Of a DNA stretch of 64,000 bases, positions 46,876 to 57,927 are shown in pieces. A program made the position numbers and the translations under genes. The first letter of the stretch is position 1. The number at the start of each line of letters is the position of its first letter. Where the stretch lies: NCBI GenBank assembly GCA_963823665.1, contig CAWGMQ010000011.1, positions 384,001 through 448,000 on the forward strand. The letters are read 5' to 3'. The notes under the pieces were generated by a model. It was not told the origin of the DNA. It worked only from the letters and a program-made list of their open reading frames with translations, and did not search any database. The stretch comes from an uncultured Planctomycetota bacterium (GTDB taxonomy: Bacteria; Planctomycetota; Planctomycetia; Isosphaerales; Isosphaeraceae).

Positions 46876-48955
46876 TTACTTCTCATTTTCGGTCAAGTGA
46901 ATCGTCTCGGACGATCCGCTGGCGCTGAAGGAGATCGGCACGTTCCAGATGAGGCTGCGAATGCGGCAGAGGCTCGATGGCTCGCTACACACCAATGTCT
47001 TGAGTGAGAGCTTCAGATCGAGCTTGTCGCCGGGGTCGGGAACCTTGGCCAGGGGGACGGTGATCTTGAACTCGGTCTTGGGCGGATTCACCTTGCCGCC
47101 TGAGGGCGAGACGTCCGCCGCGAGGATCCCCTCCTTCTCCGGAGTTTCGACCAGGTAGGCCAAGGGCGCCTCCTCGTTGAGCTTGTAGCCTTTGGCGAGT
47201 GGGACCGTCACTGCGAGTGTGATCGACTTTGCTGGCGCGAGCCTCGACCGCCGGCACGCTGATCGTGGTGGCGTTGGGAAAAGTCGGTGGCCGGGCGGCG
47301 AGTTGCGGGGGCGACAGACCATCGAGCGCGAGCGTCGTGACGGCCTTGGTCTTCAGGTCGACGATCTTGATCTTGTGATTGTTGGTATCGGCAACGTAGA
47401 GCTTGGAGCCGGCTACGCTCAAGCCTCCAGGCTGATAAAAATGGGGTGGGTTTTCGCCGTCGCCGGCCTTCCGGGTGCCGACCAAGGTCCTGACGGTGCG
47501 GTTTCTGGGCTCGCAGATCTTGATCTTGTTGTTGTAGGTATCGGCGATATAGAGATGGTCGGCACCGAAGGCCAGCCCCAGGCAGTGCTGGAGCCGGACG
47601 GTACCGCCCTTGCCGTCGATGTCGTCGAATGCGAATAGACCTTCGCCGACGATCGTGCGAACTGTCGGCCCGCGAGGGTTTTGCATTCCGGTGAGCACCC
47701 GGACGCCCGAGACTTCGGAGTCGGCGACGAACAGGTTTTCGCCGTCGGTCGCCAGCCCGCTGGGCTGGGCGAAGTTGGCCGTGGCCGCCGGGCCGTCGAC
47801 GATGTCTTCGCGACCTGATCCGGCGAAGACGCCCACCACACCTCCGGGGATGTCGAGCTTCCAGATCTGGTGAGGACCGGCCATGGCGATGTAGAGTGCT
47901 TTGTCTCCCGGAATCTGAATGACATCCCACGGGCTGCAAAGAGGGGTTGTCTTCGCCGGTCCGGAAGACCCCGCCGGGAAGACTCGCATGCCCTGGCTGC
48001 CGGTGCCAGCGATCGTCGAGACGTTCCCCGCTTTCAAGTCGATCGCGCGAATGGCGTGGTTTTCGGTGTCGGCGACGAAGAGCGTATCCTCACTCAGGTA
48101 CATTCCCTGCGGGCGGCTGAACGACGCCTTCTTGAAATCGCCGTCGTCAAAGCCCTCTTCGCCGCTGCCGATCGTAACCGGGTTGGAGCCATCCAGGTCG
48201 GTCTGGATGATGCGGTTATGGCCGGTGTCGGCAATGAACAGGTGCTTGCCGGTGGCGTCAGCCACAATCTTGCCGGGATAGAGCAGCGGGCCATTGGTGG
48301 GGCGCTCCATCTCCGGGGTGAAACTGAGCGGCGTGAGGTTGAGCTCGCCCTTGGCCTTGTGCTGTTCCACGAGCTCGCCGATTGCCCGGTCGACCGTGTC
48401 GTAGTTTCCCTCGCCGCTGGCGCGGCCGGCGTAGTGACCGTTGGCATCGATCAAGACGAGGGTCGGCCAGCTATTGACCTCGAATCGCTTCCAGATCGCC
48501 ATGTTGGCGTCATTGACGACGGGATGCTTGATCCGGTATTCGGCGACCTTGCGGCGGATATTCTCGGTATCCTTCTCGGCGTCGAACTTGGCAGTGTGCA
48601 CGCCGATCACCACAAGCTCGTCCTTGTACTTCGCTTCAAGCTTGGCGAGGTCGGGAAGAACGTGGTGGCAGTTGATGCAGCAGAAAGTCCAGAAATCAAG
48701 CAGCACGATCTTGCCGCGCAGCTCGGCGAGGGAGATCGGACCGGAATTGATCCAGGCGATGCCTCCCTTCAAGCTCAACGGGCCGGCTTGGCTATATGAG
48801 GCCAATTCCATCGGGGGAGGGGTCCAGAGACTACCGACATCGTGGGGCGTGTTGGCTCTGTTGAAATGGTAACGGACAAGAAGCACGGCAGAGACAAGAA
48901 GAAAGACAGCAATAGCAGTCGAGAGGCAGCGAGTCAGGAATCGGATGGCGTGCAT
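46876..48955 (-). CDS. Thioredoxin-like + NHL-repeat protein (NHLRC2/SOQ1-like; frameshift ~47240)
   Basis: DFWTFCCINC, GVHTAKF, SWPT; NHL repeats IADTGHNRI, VADTENHAIR, AMAGPHQIW, ADTYNNKIK; C-terminal GYKLN...CSEPSSLC domain. Confidence 0.9.
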
Positions 48956-49287
48956 GCCGGTGGCCTCGCGATGGTGGGGCGATTGATCCGGTGCCACGTC
49001 GGCGCCGGAAATTCCACTATTGGGTATTGTAAACGACCGGCGGACATTCGGCATGCCTTTTTCGGTCGGCATGCGATCCCGCCGGCGAGGATAGGTCGAG
49101 CGACGTACGCAACTGGTGGCGGAAGACGGCTTCACCGCACCTGGCAGTTTTGATTTCCGCACGATAGAATGAAAGTCCCAATTCAGGATGAGCGATCGCG
49201 CCCGTGTCAAGGCGCGTGGTGTGACGCCAGAGCGTGGTCCGCTAGGGTTGGCGGCTTCCGAACGATCGGGAAGGCGGAGCGACAACC

Positions 49288-50286
49288 GTGGGCAAAGATA
49301 AATCGCTGATCCTGAGCGAAGAATCCTCGAAGAAGACGGATCCGTACGGCGAGCTGAAAGTCTTCGCAGGCAGCTCCGGACAGTCGCTCGGGCGCACAAT
49401 CTGCGAGTATCTCCGGATGGATCTCGCGAGCTCGGAAGTGCATGTATTCAGCGAAGGGAACGTCTTTGTGCGCGTGCTCGAAAACGTGCGCGGGCGCGAC
49501 GTTTTCATCGTGCAGGGGACCGATTTCCCGGTCAACGACAATTTTGTCGAGCTGCTCTTCTGGATCGACGCCTTCAAACGCGCAAGCGCCACCCAGGTGA
49601 CCGCCGTCATTCCGTATTTCTCTTATGCCAAGGGGGATAAGAAAGACGAGCCGCGGGTGTCGATCCGGGCGCGGGTGTGCGCAGACTGCATCGAGGCTGC
49701 CGGGGCCGACCGGGTGCTGACGATGGATCTGCACAGCCCGCAGATTCAGGGATTCTTCAAGATTCCGGTTGATCACCTGTATGCGATGCCGGTTCTGGTC
49801 GATTACTTTCGCTCCAAGGAAATACCCGACCTGGTGGTGGCCGCCCCGGACGTCGGGTTCGGCAAGCAGGCGTACAAGTTCGGCGAGATGATGCACGCGC
49901 CGGTGGTTTTCGGGAACAAGACGCGCAAGGGCCACGACGAGAAGGCCGAGATGCTCACGATCGTGGGCCAGGTCGAGGGGAAGAACGTGTTGATCGTGGA
50001 CGACTTCACCATCACGGGAGGTACCCTGATCGAGATGGCCAACGGCTGCAAGAAGCGAGGTGCCAAGGACATCTATGCCTGTGTATCGCACGGCGTTTTC
50101 TCGCGCGGCTCGGCCGAAAAGATCGAGGCGAGCCCGATCAAGGAGCTGGTGCTTACGGACACGATCGAGTACCGCTTCGAGCCGCTTCCCAAATGTTGCA
50201 AGATCGTCTCGGTGGCGAGGCTCTTCGCGCAGGCGATCCTTTCGATCCACCGTCGTGAGAGTGTGAGCCGGTTGTTTGATTATTGA
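49288..50286 (+). CDS. prs: Ribose-phosphate pyrophosphokinase
   Basis: ENVRGRDV, VIPYFSYA, DLHSPQIQGFF, APDVG, IVDDFTITGGT. Confidence 0.93.
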   Translation: MGKDKSLILSEESSKKTDPYGELKVFAGSSGQSLGRTICEYLRMDLASSEVHVFSEGNVFVRVLENVRGRDVFIVQGTDFPVNDNFVELLFWIDAFKRASATQVTAVIPYFSYAKGDKKDEPRVSIRARVCADCIEAAGADRVLTMDLHSPQIQGFFKIPVDHLYAMPVLVDYFRSKEIPDLVVAAPDVGFGKQAYKFGEMMHAPVVFGNKTRKGHDEKAEMLTIVGQVEGKNVLIVDDFTITGGTLIEMANGCKKRGAKDIYACVSHGVFSRGSAEKIEASPIKELVLTDTIEYRFEPLPKCCKIVSVARLFAQAILSIHRRESVSRLFDY

Positions 50287-50305
50287 GCGATAGGCAGGGT
50301 TTTTA

Positions 50306-51742
50306 ATGAGTGTGGATCGGCCCCGGACGCTCGGTGAGCTGGCAGCAAGCGGTTATCGGATTCAGTCGGTCAAGGACGAGATGCGGCGCAACCTGATCGC
50401 CATGCTCCCTTCCGGCGAGCCGCTTTTTCCCGGAATCCTGGGCTACGACGAGACCGTCGTTCCCCAGGTACAGAATGCGATCCTTTCCAAGCACGACATC
50501 CTCTTTCTGGGTCTGCGCGGCCAGGCCAAGACGCGCATGCTGCGCGAGCTCGTGCGATTGCTGGACGACGCGATCCCGATCGTGGCCGGCTCGGAGATCC
50601 ACGATAACCCGTTCGCACCCGTTTCGAAGCATGCCCGCGACTTGATCGCCTCGCAGGGCGATGCCACGCCGATCGAGTGGATCGGCCGGAGCGACCGCTA
50701 TCACGAAAAGCTGGCCACGCCGGATGTGACGATTGCCGACTTGATCGGTGAGGTCGACATGATCAAGCACGCCGAGGGCCGCTATCTCTCGAGCGAGCTG
50801 ACCATGCACTTCGGCTTGATTCCCAGGGCGAATCGGGGAATCTTCTGCATCAACGAGCTTCCTGATCTGGCACCCAAGATTCAGGTCGGCCTCTTCAACG
50901 TGCTCGAAGAGCGCGACGTTCAGATTCGCGGGTATCCCGTGCGTCTGGATCTGGATCTGTGCATGGTCTTCTCGGCCAACCCCGAAGACTACACCAACCG
51001 CGGCCGGATCGTCACGCCACTCAAAGACCGGATCGGATCGGTCATTCGCACGCATTACCCGCTCTCGCGCGAGATCGGGATCGCGATCAGCGACCAGAAC
51101 GCGTGGCTCGATCGCGCGGTGCCTGGCGCGGCGAAGATGTTTGTTCCTCCTTTCATGAAAGAGCTGGTCGAAGAAGTTGCGCGGCTGGCTCGCGCATCGC
51201 CGCACGTCAACCAGCAGTCGGGTGTTTCAGTTCGCATGTCGATTGCCAACCTGGAGAACATTGTCTCCAACGCCGAGCGGCGAGCGATCGTTCACCAGGA
51301 ACGATGGATCGTGCCCAGGCCGTCGGACCTGACGTTTGCCGTGCCGAGCTCCCGTGGCAAGCTCGAGCTGACGATGACCGAGGAAGAAGGGCACGAAGAC
51401 AAGCTGATCGGGCGCATCATTGACGAGGCGATCAAGAACATCTCGACAGCTCACGTTGATCTGCGCGAGCTCCGCGGGGTTGTCGACCACTTCGAGAGTG
51501 GCCAAAGCGTCGAGCTGGGGGACGGGCTTGCCACGGCTGCGGTGCTCGAGCGAGTGGCCAAGGTCCCAGGCCTGCGCAAACGGGCCGAGGAGCTCTCGGC
51601 GGGCTGGGTATCGCCGGGAAGCGACGGCGACCTGCGTGCGGCGGCGGCGGCGAGCGCGGCCGAGTTTCTTCTCGAGGGCCTGCACGTGCACAACAAGATC
51701 AACAAGCAGGCGAAATCCGGCGGCACATCCTACAGGCGCTGA
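50306..51742 (+). CDS. Mg-chelatase-like AAA+ ATPase
   Basis: Walker A variant GLRGQAKT, INELPDL, ANPEDYTNRG, LKDRIGS. Confidence 0.88.
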   Translation: MSVDRPRTLGELAASGYRIQSVKDEMRRNLIAMLPSGEPLFPGILGYDETVVPQVQNAILSKHDILFLGLRGQAKTRMLRELVRLLDDAIPIVAGSEIHDNPFAPVSKHARDLIASQGDATPIEWIGRSDRYHEKLATPDVTIADLIGEVDMIKHAEGRYLSSELTMHFGLIPRANRGIFCINELPDLAPKIQVGLFNVLEERDVQIRGYPVRLDLDLCMVFSANPEDYTNRGRIVTPLKDRIGSVIRTHYPLSREIGIAISDQNAWLDRAVPGAAKMFVPPFMKELVEEVARLARASPHVNQQSGVSVRMSIANLENIVSNAERRAIVHQERWIVPRPSDLTFAVPSSRGKLELTMTEEEGHEDKLIGRIIDEAIKNISTAHVDLRELRGVVDHFESGQSVELGDGLATAAVLERVAKVPGLRKRAEELSAGWVSPGSDGDLRAAAAASAAEFLLEGLHVHNKINKQAKSGGTSYRR

Positions 51743-51746
51743 AGCA

Positions 51747-52886
51747 ATGGCGATTTTCGAGTATTCGAAGTGGGACGGCTCGCAGCAGTTTCTGCCGCAA
51801 TCGGCGGATCGGGTCTTCGACCAGCTCGCCGAGTTTCTCATGCGGCACGGCGACACGATCTTGCAGAATATGGACGATCTCGAAGACGAGATTCCCGAGA
51901 TCATCGATCTGATCCAGAAAGAGGGCCTGATCGAGAAAGACCGCGAGGGCCGATGGAGCGTGACGCCTCGGGGCGTGCGCAGGATTCAGGACAAGGCGCT
52001 CGAAGACCTTTTCCAAACGTTTCGCCGAGACTCCCTCGGCAAACACGATACGGCCGAGAAGGGCGAGGGAAGCATCGTACTCGAAGACACGCGGCCTTAC
52101 GTCTACGGCGATTCGCTGGCCAATCTGAATCTGCACGAGACCTTGAAAAACGCCTATGTGCGCCAGGGCGGCGGCGTGCCGATCAAGCTGAGCTCGGATG
52201 ACTACGTCGTGCACGAAACCGAGTATCAAACCCGGTGCGCGACCGTGGTCTTGATTGACATGAGCGGCTCGATGGGCCGTTACGGAAAGTATTACACGAC
52301 CAAGAAAGTGGCGCTCGCGCTCCAGGCGATGGTGCGAGCCCGGTACCCGCAAGACTCGCTGCAGATGATCGGTTTCTACACGTTCGCCAGCATGATGAAT
52401 GAGCGGCAGCTCTTGAGCTCGGCGCCCAAGCCGGTGAGCATCTTTGACAGCCGCGTGCACCTGCGCGTCGACCTCGACCACCCGCCGGGCCGAACTCCCC
52501 AGCATTTCACCAACATTCACGCGGGCCTTCGTCTGGCGCGAAGCGTGCTGTCCCGACAGCCCGCGACGAACAAGCAAATCATCGTCATCACCGATGGCGA
52601 GCCGACCGCGCATATCGAAGGGCGGGAAGTCGTCTTGATTTACCCGCCCGCTGAGAAAACGGCCAAGCACACCTTGGGCGAAGTGAAGAACTGCGCGAAT
52701 GCAGGCATTCGTGTCTCGAGCTTTGCGCTGATTGAAGATTATTTCTATCTCGGGCTGGTGAATTTCGTGGAAGAAATGGCGCGGGTGTCGCGCGGTGTGG
52801 CGGCTTATTGCTCGACGGACGATATCGGGAACCTGGTTTTCGATAGTTTCGTGGGCGGACGGCGGAAGCGGCGGTATGATACGTGA
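51747..52886 (+). CDS. VWA domain protein
   Basis: MIDAS DMSGSM, TNIHAGL, ITDGEPTAH; 4 nt after the ATPase stop. Confidence 0.88.
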   Translation: MAIFEYSKWDGSQQFLPQSADRVFDQLAEFLMRHGDTILQNMDDLEDEIPEIIDLIQKEGLIEKDREGRWSVTPRGVRRIQDKALEDLFQTFRRDSLGKHDTAEKGEGSIVLEDTRPYVYGDSLANLNLHETLKNAYVRQGGGVPIKLSSDDYVVHETEYQTRCATVVLIDMSGSMGRYGKYYTTKKVALALQAMVRARYPQDSLQMIGFYTFASMMNERQLLSSAPKPVSIFDSRVHLRVDLDHPPGRTPQHFTNIHAGLRLARSVLSRQPATNKQIIVITDGEPTAHIEGREVVLIYPPAEKTAKHTLGEVKNCANAGIRVSSFALIEDYFYLGLVNFVEEMARVSRGVAAYCSTDDIGNLVFDSFVGGRRKRRYDT

Positions 52887-52930
52887 CGCGAGATTGAGTC
52901 CCCGCGCAGAATGACGTTCGGGACGAACGA

Positions 52931-55323
52931 TCAGGCCGCTGTGGCGTCAAGCAGGGCGGGAACTGCTCGATAACCAGGCGTCTCGCGAATCTGTCGCAGG
53001 AACCGTTCTTGTGAGTGTTGTTCGAGTAAACGGCGGTAGCCTTGCTGCACCAGCCGGGCGGCCCCGGCTCGGTCGGCGTCGATCGAGCGCAGGGCGGCCA
53101 CGAATCCGCTCACGTCATCGAATGGCTCGATCAAGTAGCCGGTTTCACCCGTTTGGATCAGCTCCTTGACGCCGCCGGCGCTCGAGGCCACCACCAACAG
53201 GCCTTGCGCCATTGCTTCATGAAGGACATTGGGAAGGCCGTCCCACTGGGATGTGTACAGGAAAACATCGAAGTCATCCACCGGCAATCGATCGAAGCCG
53301 TCGAATGGACCATGGAAAGTCAGTTGAGGCCCGTGCGGCTTGGGACCATCAAAATCGAGCACGTGGCTTCCATAGGCGTGGATTTCAAAGGCATCGTTGG
53401 CGCAGGCTTGGGCAACTGCATTCAGCACGTCGACTCGTTTCTGTCGATCGAGCCGGCCAGCCCAGAGAATCTTGAGCGGTCCTTTCGAGCTGGCAATGCG
53501 TGGCGGCCTCGGCGCCTCGATTGCGACCGGCTGATAATGTGTGATCAACCGCCCGGGGTCGAGGTGATAGATTTCCTGGATCTCGTCGAGCATCGTTCGA
53601 TTGTCGCTAATAACGGCTGAGAGAGTGTCGAAGCACTGCGGGATGTGCTCCACCGGATAGCCGACGCGGCGACCTTCTGGCGTCGTATCGCAGCAGAAGA
53701 TGTGACCCAGGAGATGCGAGACCTGGGCGAGGGCCTTGCCGTGCGTCAGGAACGTCTCATAGCCGAGCCAGGAGTTCACGTTGTGAATCACCCGCGGCGC
53801 CATCTGAAGCAGCAATCGCACAAGCAGACGCTTGCGCTCGGCCGGCGCCAGGTGACGGTAGAGCTGCCCGATCGGCAAGAATGTCACGCCGGGAGGCAGG
53901 CGCCTGGCCCAGGGTGATTCCGCATCCTCGGTCGCCAGGACGACGATGCGGCGGGCCAACCCGTGCTCATGGATCGCGTGAATGTAATTCAGAGCGGTGC
54001 GATCGGATCCTCCCGTGGTGAGCCAGGGAACCAGGAAGACATGGCTGGGCCAGGTGGCGCCGAGCCGGCGGCATGCGTCGAGGTAGGCCTCCCCGGCGGG
54101 CGATTCTTGAACCTCAAGGCTCAGACGGGTGGCGCGAGCTGTTCACTTGAAGGGAATAGCATCGGCTCGATCGCGTGGATCTCCTTCCAGTCATCGAGCA
54201 GCCACGCAGGCAACCGGGTTCCCTGAGCCATCTCTGAATCGCTAGTATATGCTCTTTTATGATATATGGATTTTAACGTGTTCCAGACCGTCGCTGGCAG
54301 GATCGCCTTCGCCATCCGCTTCGCTGGTCGGGAAATAGGCCGGGCCACTTTCTTGGCGGATTGCTTGGACGCTCGCCAGAGCGACCGCACGAAATCAACT
54401 GTGCCACGTTGAAGTGTGTCGCAGCACAGCCGTTCCAGTGCGCGATCAATTTGTTCTGGCAGATGAGGCTGCAGGTAGCGACTGTAGAAGACGTTGCGGA
54501 TGGAACGAGCAGACGAAGGCGACGATTCATTCTCTATCGCATAACCGCTCAATGAGTCGGAATCAGCCGCCGGGGACTGGAGGTCGACACCCAATCGCTC
54601 CAATCCCGCGAAGTCGAAAAGCCGTGTGGGCCGATACACCGCGTGGTGCTGGATATGAAACTCCGAGCGCGAGCTGTTGCGGCGGCGATAGAAGAAAGAG
54701 GAGCCATCGACCACCTCGATGGCCACGCCGGCGGCGAGCAGCTCGCAGTGCCAGTGCCAGTCTTCAGAGCCGAAACCCGAAGTGGGAATACACTCTTTGA
54801 ACGGGACCTGCAGTGCGATCTCGCGGGGGATCAGCATTGCTGGAAGCCAATGGCAAACGTCGATGAGTCGCTCAGGCCGGAAATCTGGATCGCTCGAAGC
54901 GATGTGCTGCCATACGACGCTTTCGTTCTCAAATATCACGGTGAGCTGCGGGCTCCAGACCGCGGGATGATCGGCCAATTCCGCCGCTTCCAGGGACTTT
55001 GCGATCCAGGGTCGACTCATCAGGTCGTCAGCGTCGAGGAAACTGATGTACCGGCCTCTCGCTTGTTTGACGCCGAAGTTGCGGGATGGGCCCGTGTCGC
55101 CGAAGTCGACCTCGTAGAGCCGCAGCTCGCGCTGTTGTTCGAAGAAGGATCTCGTCGTCGCGTCCGGTCGATCGAGCACGACGACGATCTCGGAGCTCGC
55201 GCCATGGGCTTCGGCGAAGGCGATCGATCGGCGCACGCTGCGGAGCGTTCGGTGCGGCAGGCGACCCTCCCGGTGGGCGGTGATCACAACCGATACGTCG
55301 AAGCCATCTTTCTCTCGTGGCAT
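52931..55323 (-). CDS. Fused GT2 + GT4 glycosyltransferase (frameshift ~54130)
   Basis: GT2: VVITAH, FLDADD, EDW. The 53960-54130 gap reads VFLVPWLTTGGSD in frame with the GT4 half (AGRLDRQK, DGLPNVLHEAMA). Confidence 0.8.
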
Positions 55324-55337
55324 GAGATCCTCCATTG

Positions 55338-55994
55338 TCAAAGCCGCCAGACTGACCCCACAAGCTGCGCGGGCCCTCCGGCTTGTTCGACCGCCTCGAT
55401 GACGCCGGGAAAGTCAGTCGAGTAATCGTGCCCGCTGATGATCTGAGCACCCGCGCTTCGGGCCCATGCAATATCTCTTGCCGTCTCGGGATAGTCGTGA
55501 ATCGCGTCGAGGAAAACGAGCGCCGGAGGTTCACCGCGATAGGCGTCGTAAAAGGCGTTCTTGCAAGAGACCACCAGCTCGACGTGGTTCGTCCGCGTGA
55601 GGTAGTAGAGCATCTGCGTCGTGATGTCGCGATGCTGCTCTCGTGTGAGTCCCCAGGGATTCCAGTAGAACAAGTCGACGGTGATGATCTTCTTCTCTGG
55701 ATCTTTCCAGAGCGCCATATGGGTCGTGCTTACGCCCAGCAACGTCCCGATTTCGATAATCGGACCAGGGAGCTGGTTTGACTCCTTCACGAGCGCCTCG
55801 AGCAGAGGAAGCTCGTCGTCACGCACCGTGCACATTCGCGGGACGATCGGTTTGAGGGGCGCCGGGTCTTGCGTGGCTTCCGCGAGAGATCGCGGCCTGA
55901 TGCGCGACCGCAGGACATGTCCAACCCTGGCCCTGAGCCGTCCCATCGTCGTCGGACGAGTGGGACATGAATCGCATCTGGTAACACTCGACAT
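55338..55994 (-). CDS. Class I SAM-dependent methyltransferase (Methyltransf_24-like)
   Basis: IEIGTLLG, VDLF, FLDAIHDY, GHDY. Confidence 0.85.
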   Translation of the reverse strand: MSSVTRCDSCPTRPTTMGRLRARVGHVLRSRIRPRSLAEATQDPAPLKPIVPRMCTVRDDELPLLEALVKESNQLPGPIIEIGTLLGVSTTHMALWKDPEKKIITVDLFYWNPWGLTREQHRDITTQMLYYLTRTNHVELVVSCKNAFYDAYRGEPPALVFLDAIHDYPETARDIAWARSAGAQIISGHDYSTDFPGVIEAVEQAGGPAQLVGSVWRL

Positions 55995-56062
55995 CGTCCA
56001 TTACCTCCACGAGATCTCGTTCGCCGTCATGCCTTTCGGAAGAGTGATTCGGGTGTCTTCGT

Positions 56063-57102
56063 TCAAAACTCAGAGGTCTGGCTGAGTGACGTGGCTCGGG
56101 CTCGAAAATCGCGGTGCAGATTCATGAGTGACTTGCCAAGTCGCTCTCTGAGACTGTTCCGAGGAGCGAGCCACCCGCGGTGCCTGCGCGCGAACCTGGC
56201 CATCCTCCTGCCCGCCTGGAGCGGAATGGCCTTGAAGAGGGGTCGCGTTCGCTCTTGCTCGAGCTCGGCCAGCAGCCGATCCATCGCGGCGCTCGTGCCG
56301 CGGGCGATCGGTTCCGGGAAAGGCGGGCTCGCCTCGGGCGTTCGCCCGCGTGTGCTGCTGGCACGAAGCTCGCACACTTCCTTCAGCAGGTCGAGATAAT
56401 CGTAATTTGTAACAAAGAGAGTCTCGATGCGCTCGAGCGTCGTCGTCAACTGTTCGTGCGACCGATCGTAAACCAATCCAAGAGAGCAATTCTGGGCCAT
56501 ACCACGCAACTCTCTTGCAAGAGTCATGGCCCATGGAGAATCCGGCGGGAACGTGGAGGTCAATGCGGCCAACTGCCGGCACTCGCCGATCCTCCCCAGG
56601 CCGAGGGCGATCACGATGGCCGCCCTGTTTATGTCCAGGATCTCCAGAGCCAGTTGACCGGCTTCCGAGACCGCGTCTTGTCGGTCTGCGGCGATCACCA
56701 CGACGTGCCGGAGAGAAGTTTCCCCCGGCGTACGCTCCAGCAGTCGCAAGGCGGATCGCAGTTCCGGCAAGACCTCCCAGTGAGCCCGACCTTGATCGTG
56801 CTGTCCGAGCGCAAGAGCACAGGCGAGACAAGAGGATTCGGTCGGATCTGGACCTAGCCATGTCAGCACGCGAGCGACGCGCTCATGAGCCAGCGCCAGA
56901 CACGAGACCTCGGCCGGCGCGCGGTCAAGTCGGTCAGAGCAAGCGGACCGGGGAGAAACTCGAGGAGCAGCGTCACGATGTAGGCGTCGAGCGCAGAAAG
57001 CTGGCGCACGGCGACGACGCCCTTGAGCAGGTCGCGATAGGCCCGCAGGGGACGTGCCGCGAGATCGACTGTTGCGACCGGTTTCAACGTCTGTGGAACC
57101 AT
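56063..57102 (-). CDS. Hypothetical protein in glycosylation cluster (probably one gene, frameshift ~56900)
   Basis: Abutting ORFs 56863-57102 and 56063-56869; helical C-terminus ending APRNSLRER. Confidence 0.55.
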
Positions 57103-57115
57103 CGCACCCTTTCGT

Positions 57116-57923
57116 TCAGAACGAGTGATTTTCCAGCGCGGGGGAAGTCGTACTCAGATCGCCAACATCCGGGTGATATCGACGAAAGTACGCGTTCACC
57201 CGCGCGCTGGCGGAAACCGCTCTGGTCGAAAATCCGTTGCGACCTTGCCCGTATTGCGTCGCCGTCGCGCGCCAGGCGAAGGTTCGAGAGCGGCAGTTCG
57301 TAATAGAATCCGACCACGACCGGGACGAAGACCACGAGCCGACCTTCGGCAACCACGTGCTGCCACAGTTCCCAATCTTCGTGGGGCAAAGCATCGTGGA
57401 AGCCGCCGAGGTCAAGCAATTGGCGCCGGTCGACCAGCGCCATGGTGTCTATGTAATTCCCTTTGAACAGGCTCGGCTGTACACACTCGTTGCTGTACAC
57501 GCCGGTCGCCCTGTGCTGGTCTGGCTGCCGGATCAAAACGTTGCCGTAGACAGCGGCAGCACGCGTCTGGCGAAGGGATCGATAGAGGACGGGAAGGCTC
57601 GATGGCACGACTTCGTTGTCGGCATCAAGAAAGAAGATGTACCGTCCACGCGCCTCCAGCAGTGCAGTGTTGCGTGTCTGGGCCGGGCCGGTGTTTCGCG
57701 CGTGGATGACCACGCGCAATGGCTCCTCGGCGTAACGCAGCTCGAGCTGCCGCAGCAGCCCATGCGATCCATCGCGAGATGCGTCGTCGACCAGGAGCAG
57801 CTCGACCGGGACGCCCGAACCGCGGAGCAAGCGCGCTGCCCTGACCGCCGAGGACGTCGACCGGGCCAGGAAGACTTCATGATTCCAGTTTGGAATGACA
57901 ATCGAAATACCATTATCGTCCAT
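57116..57923 (-). CDS. GT2 family glycosyltransferase (probable frameshift ~57205)
   Basis: IVIPNWN, VDDASRD, FLDADN, HEDWELW; alternative-frame tail RRYHPDVG. Confidence 0.85.
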
Positions 57924-57927
57924 GGAT

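Noticed and set aside
50306..51742. True magnesium chelatase (bchI/chlI)
   Set aside because: No tetrapyrrole or photosynthesis genes nearby; context fits a generic AAA+/VWA pair.
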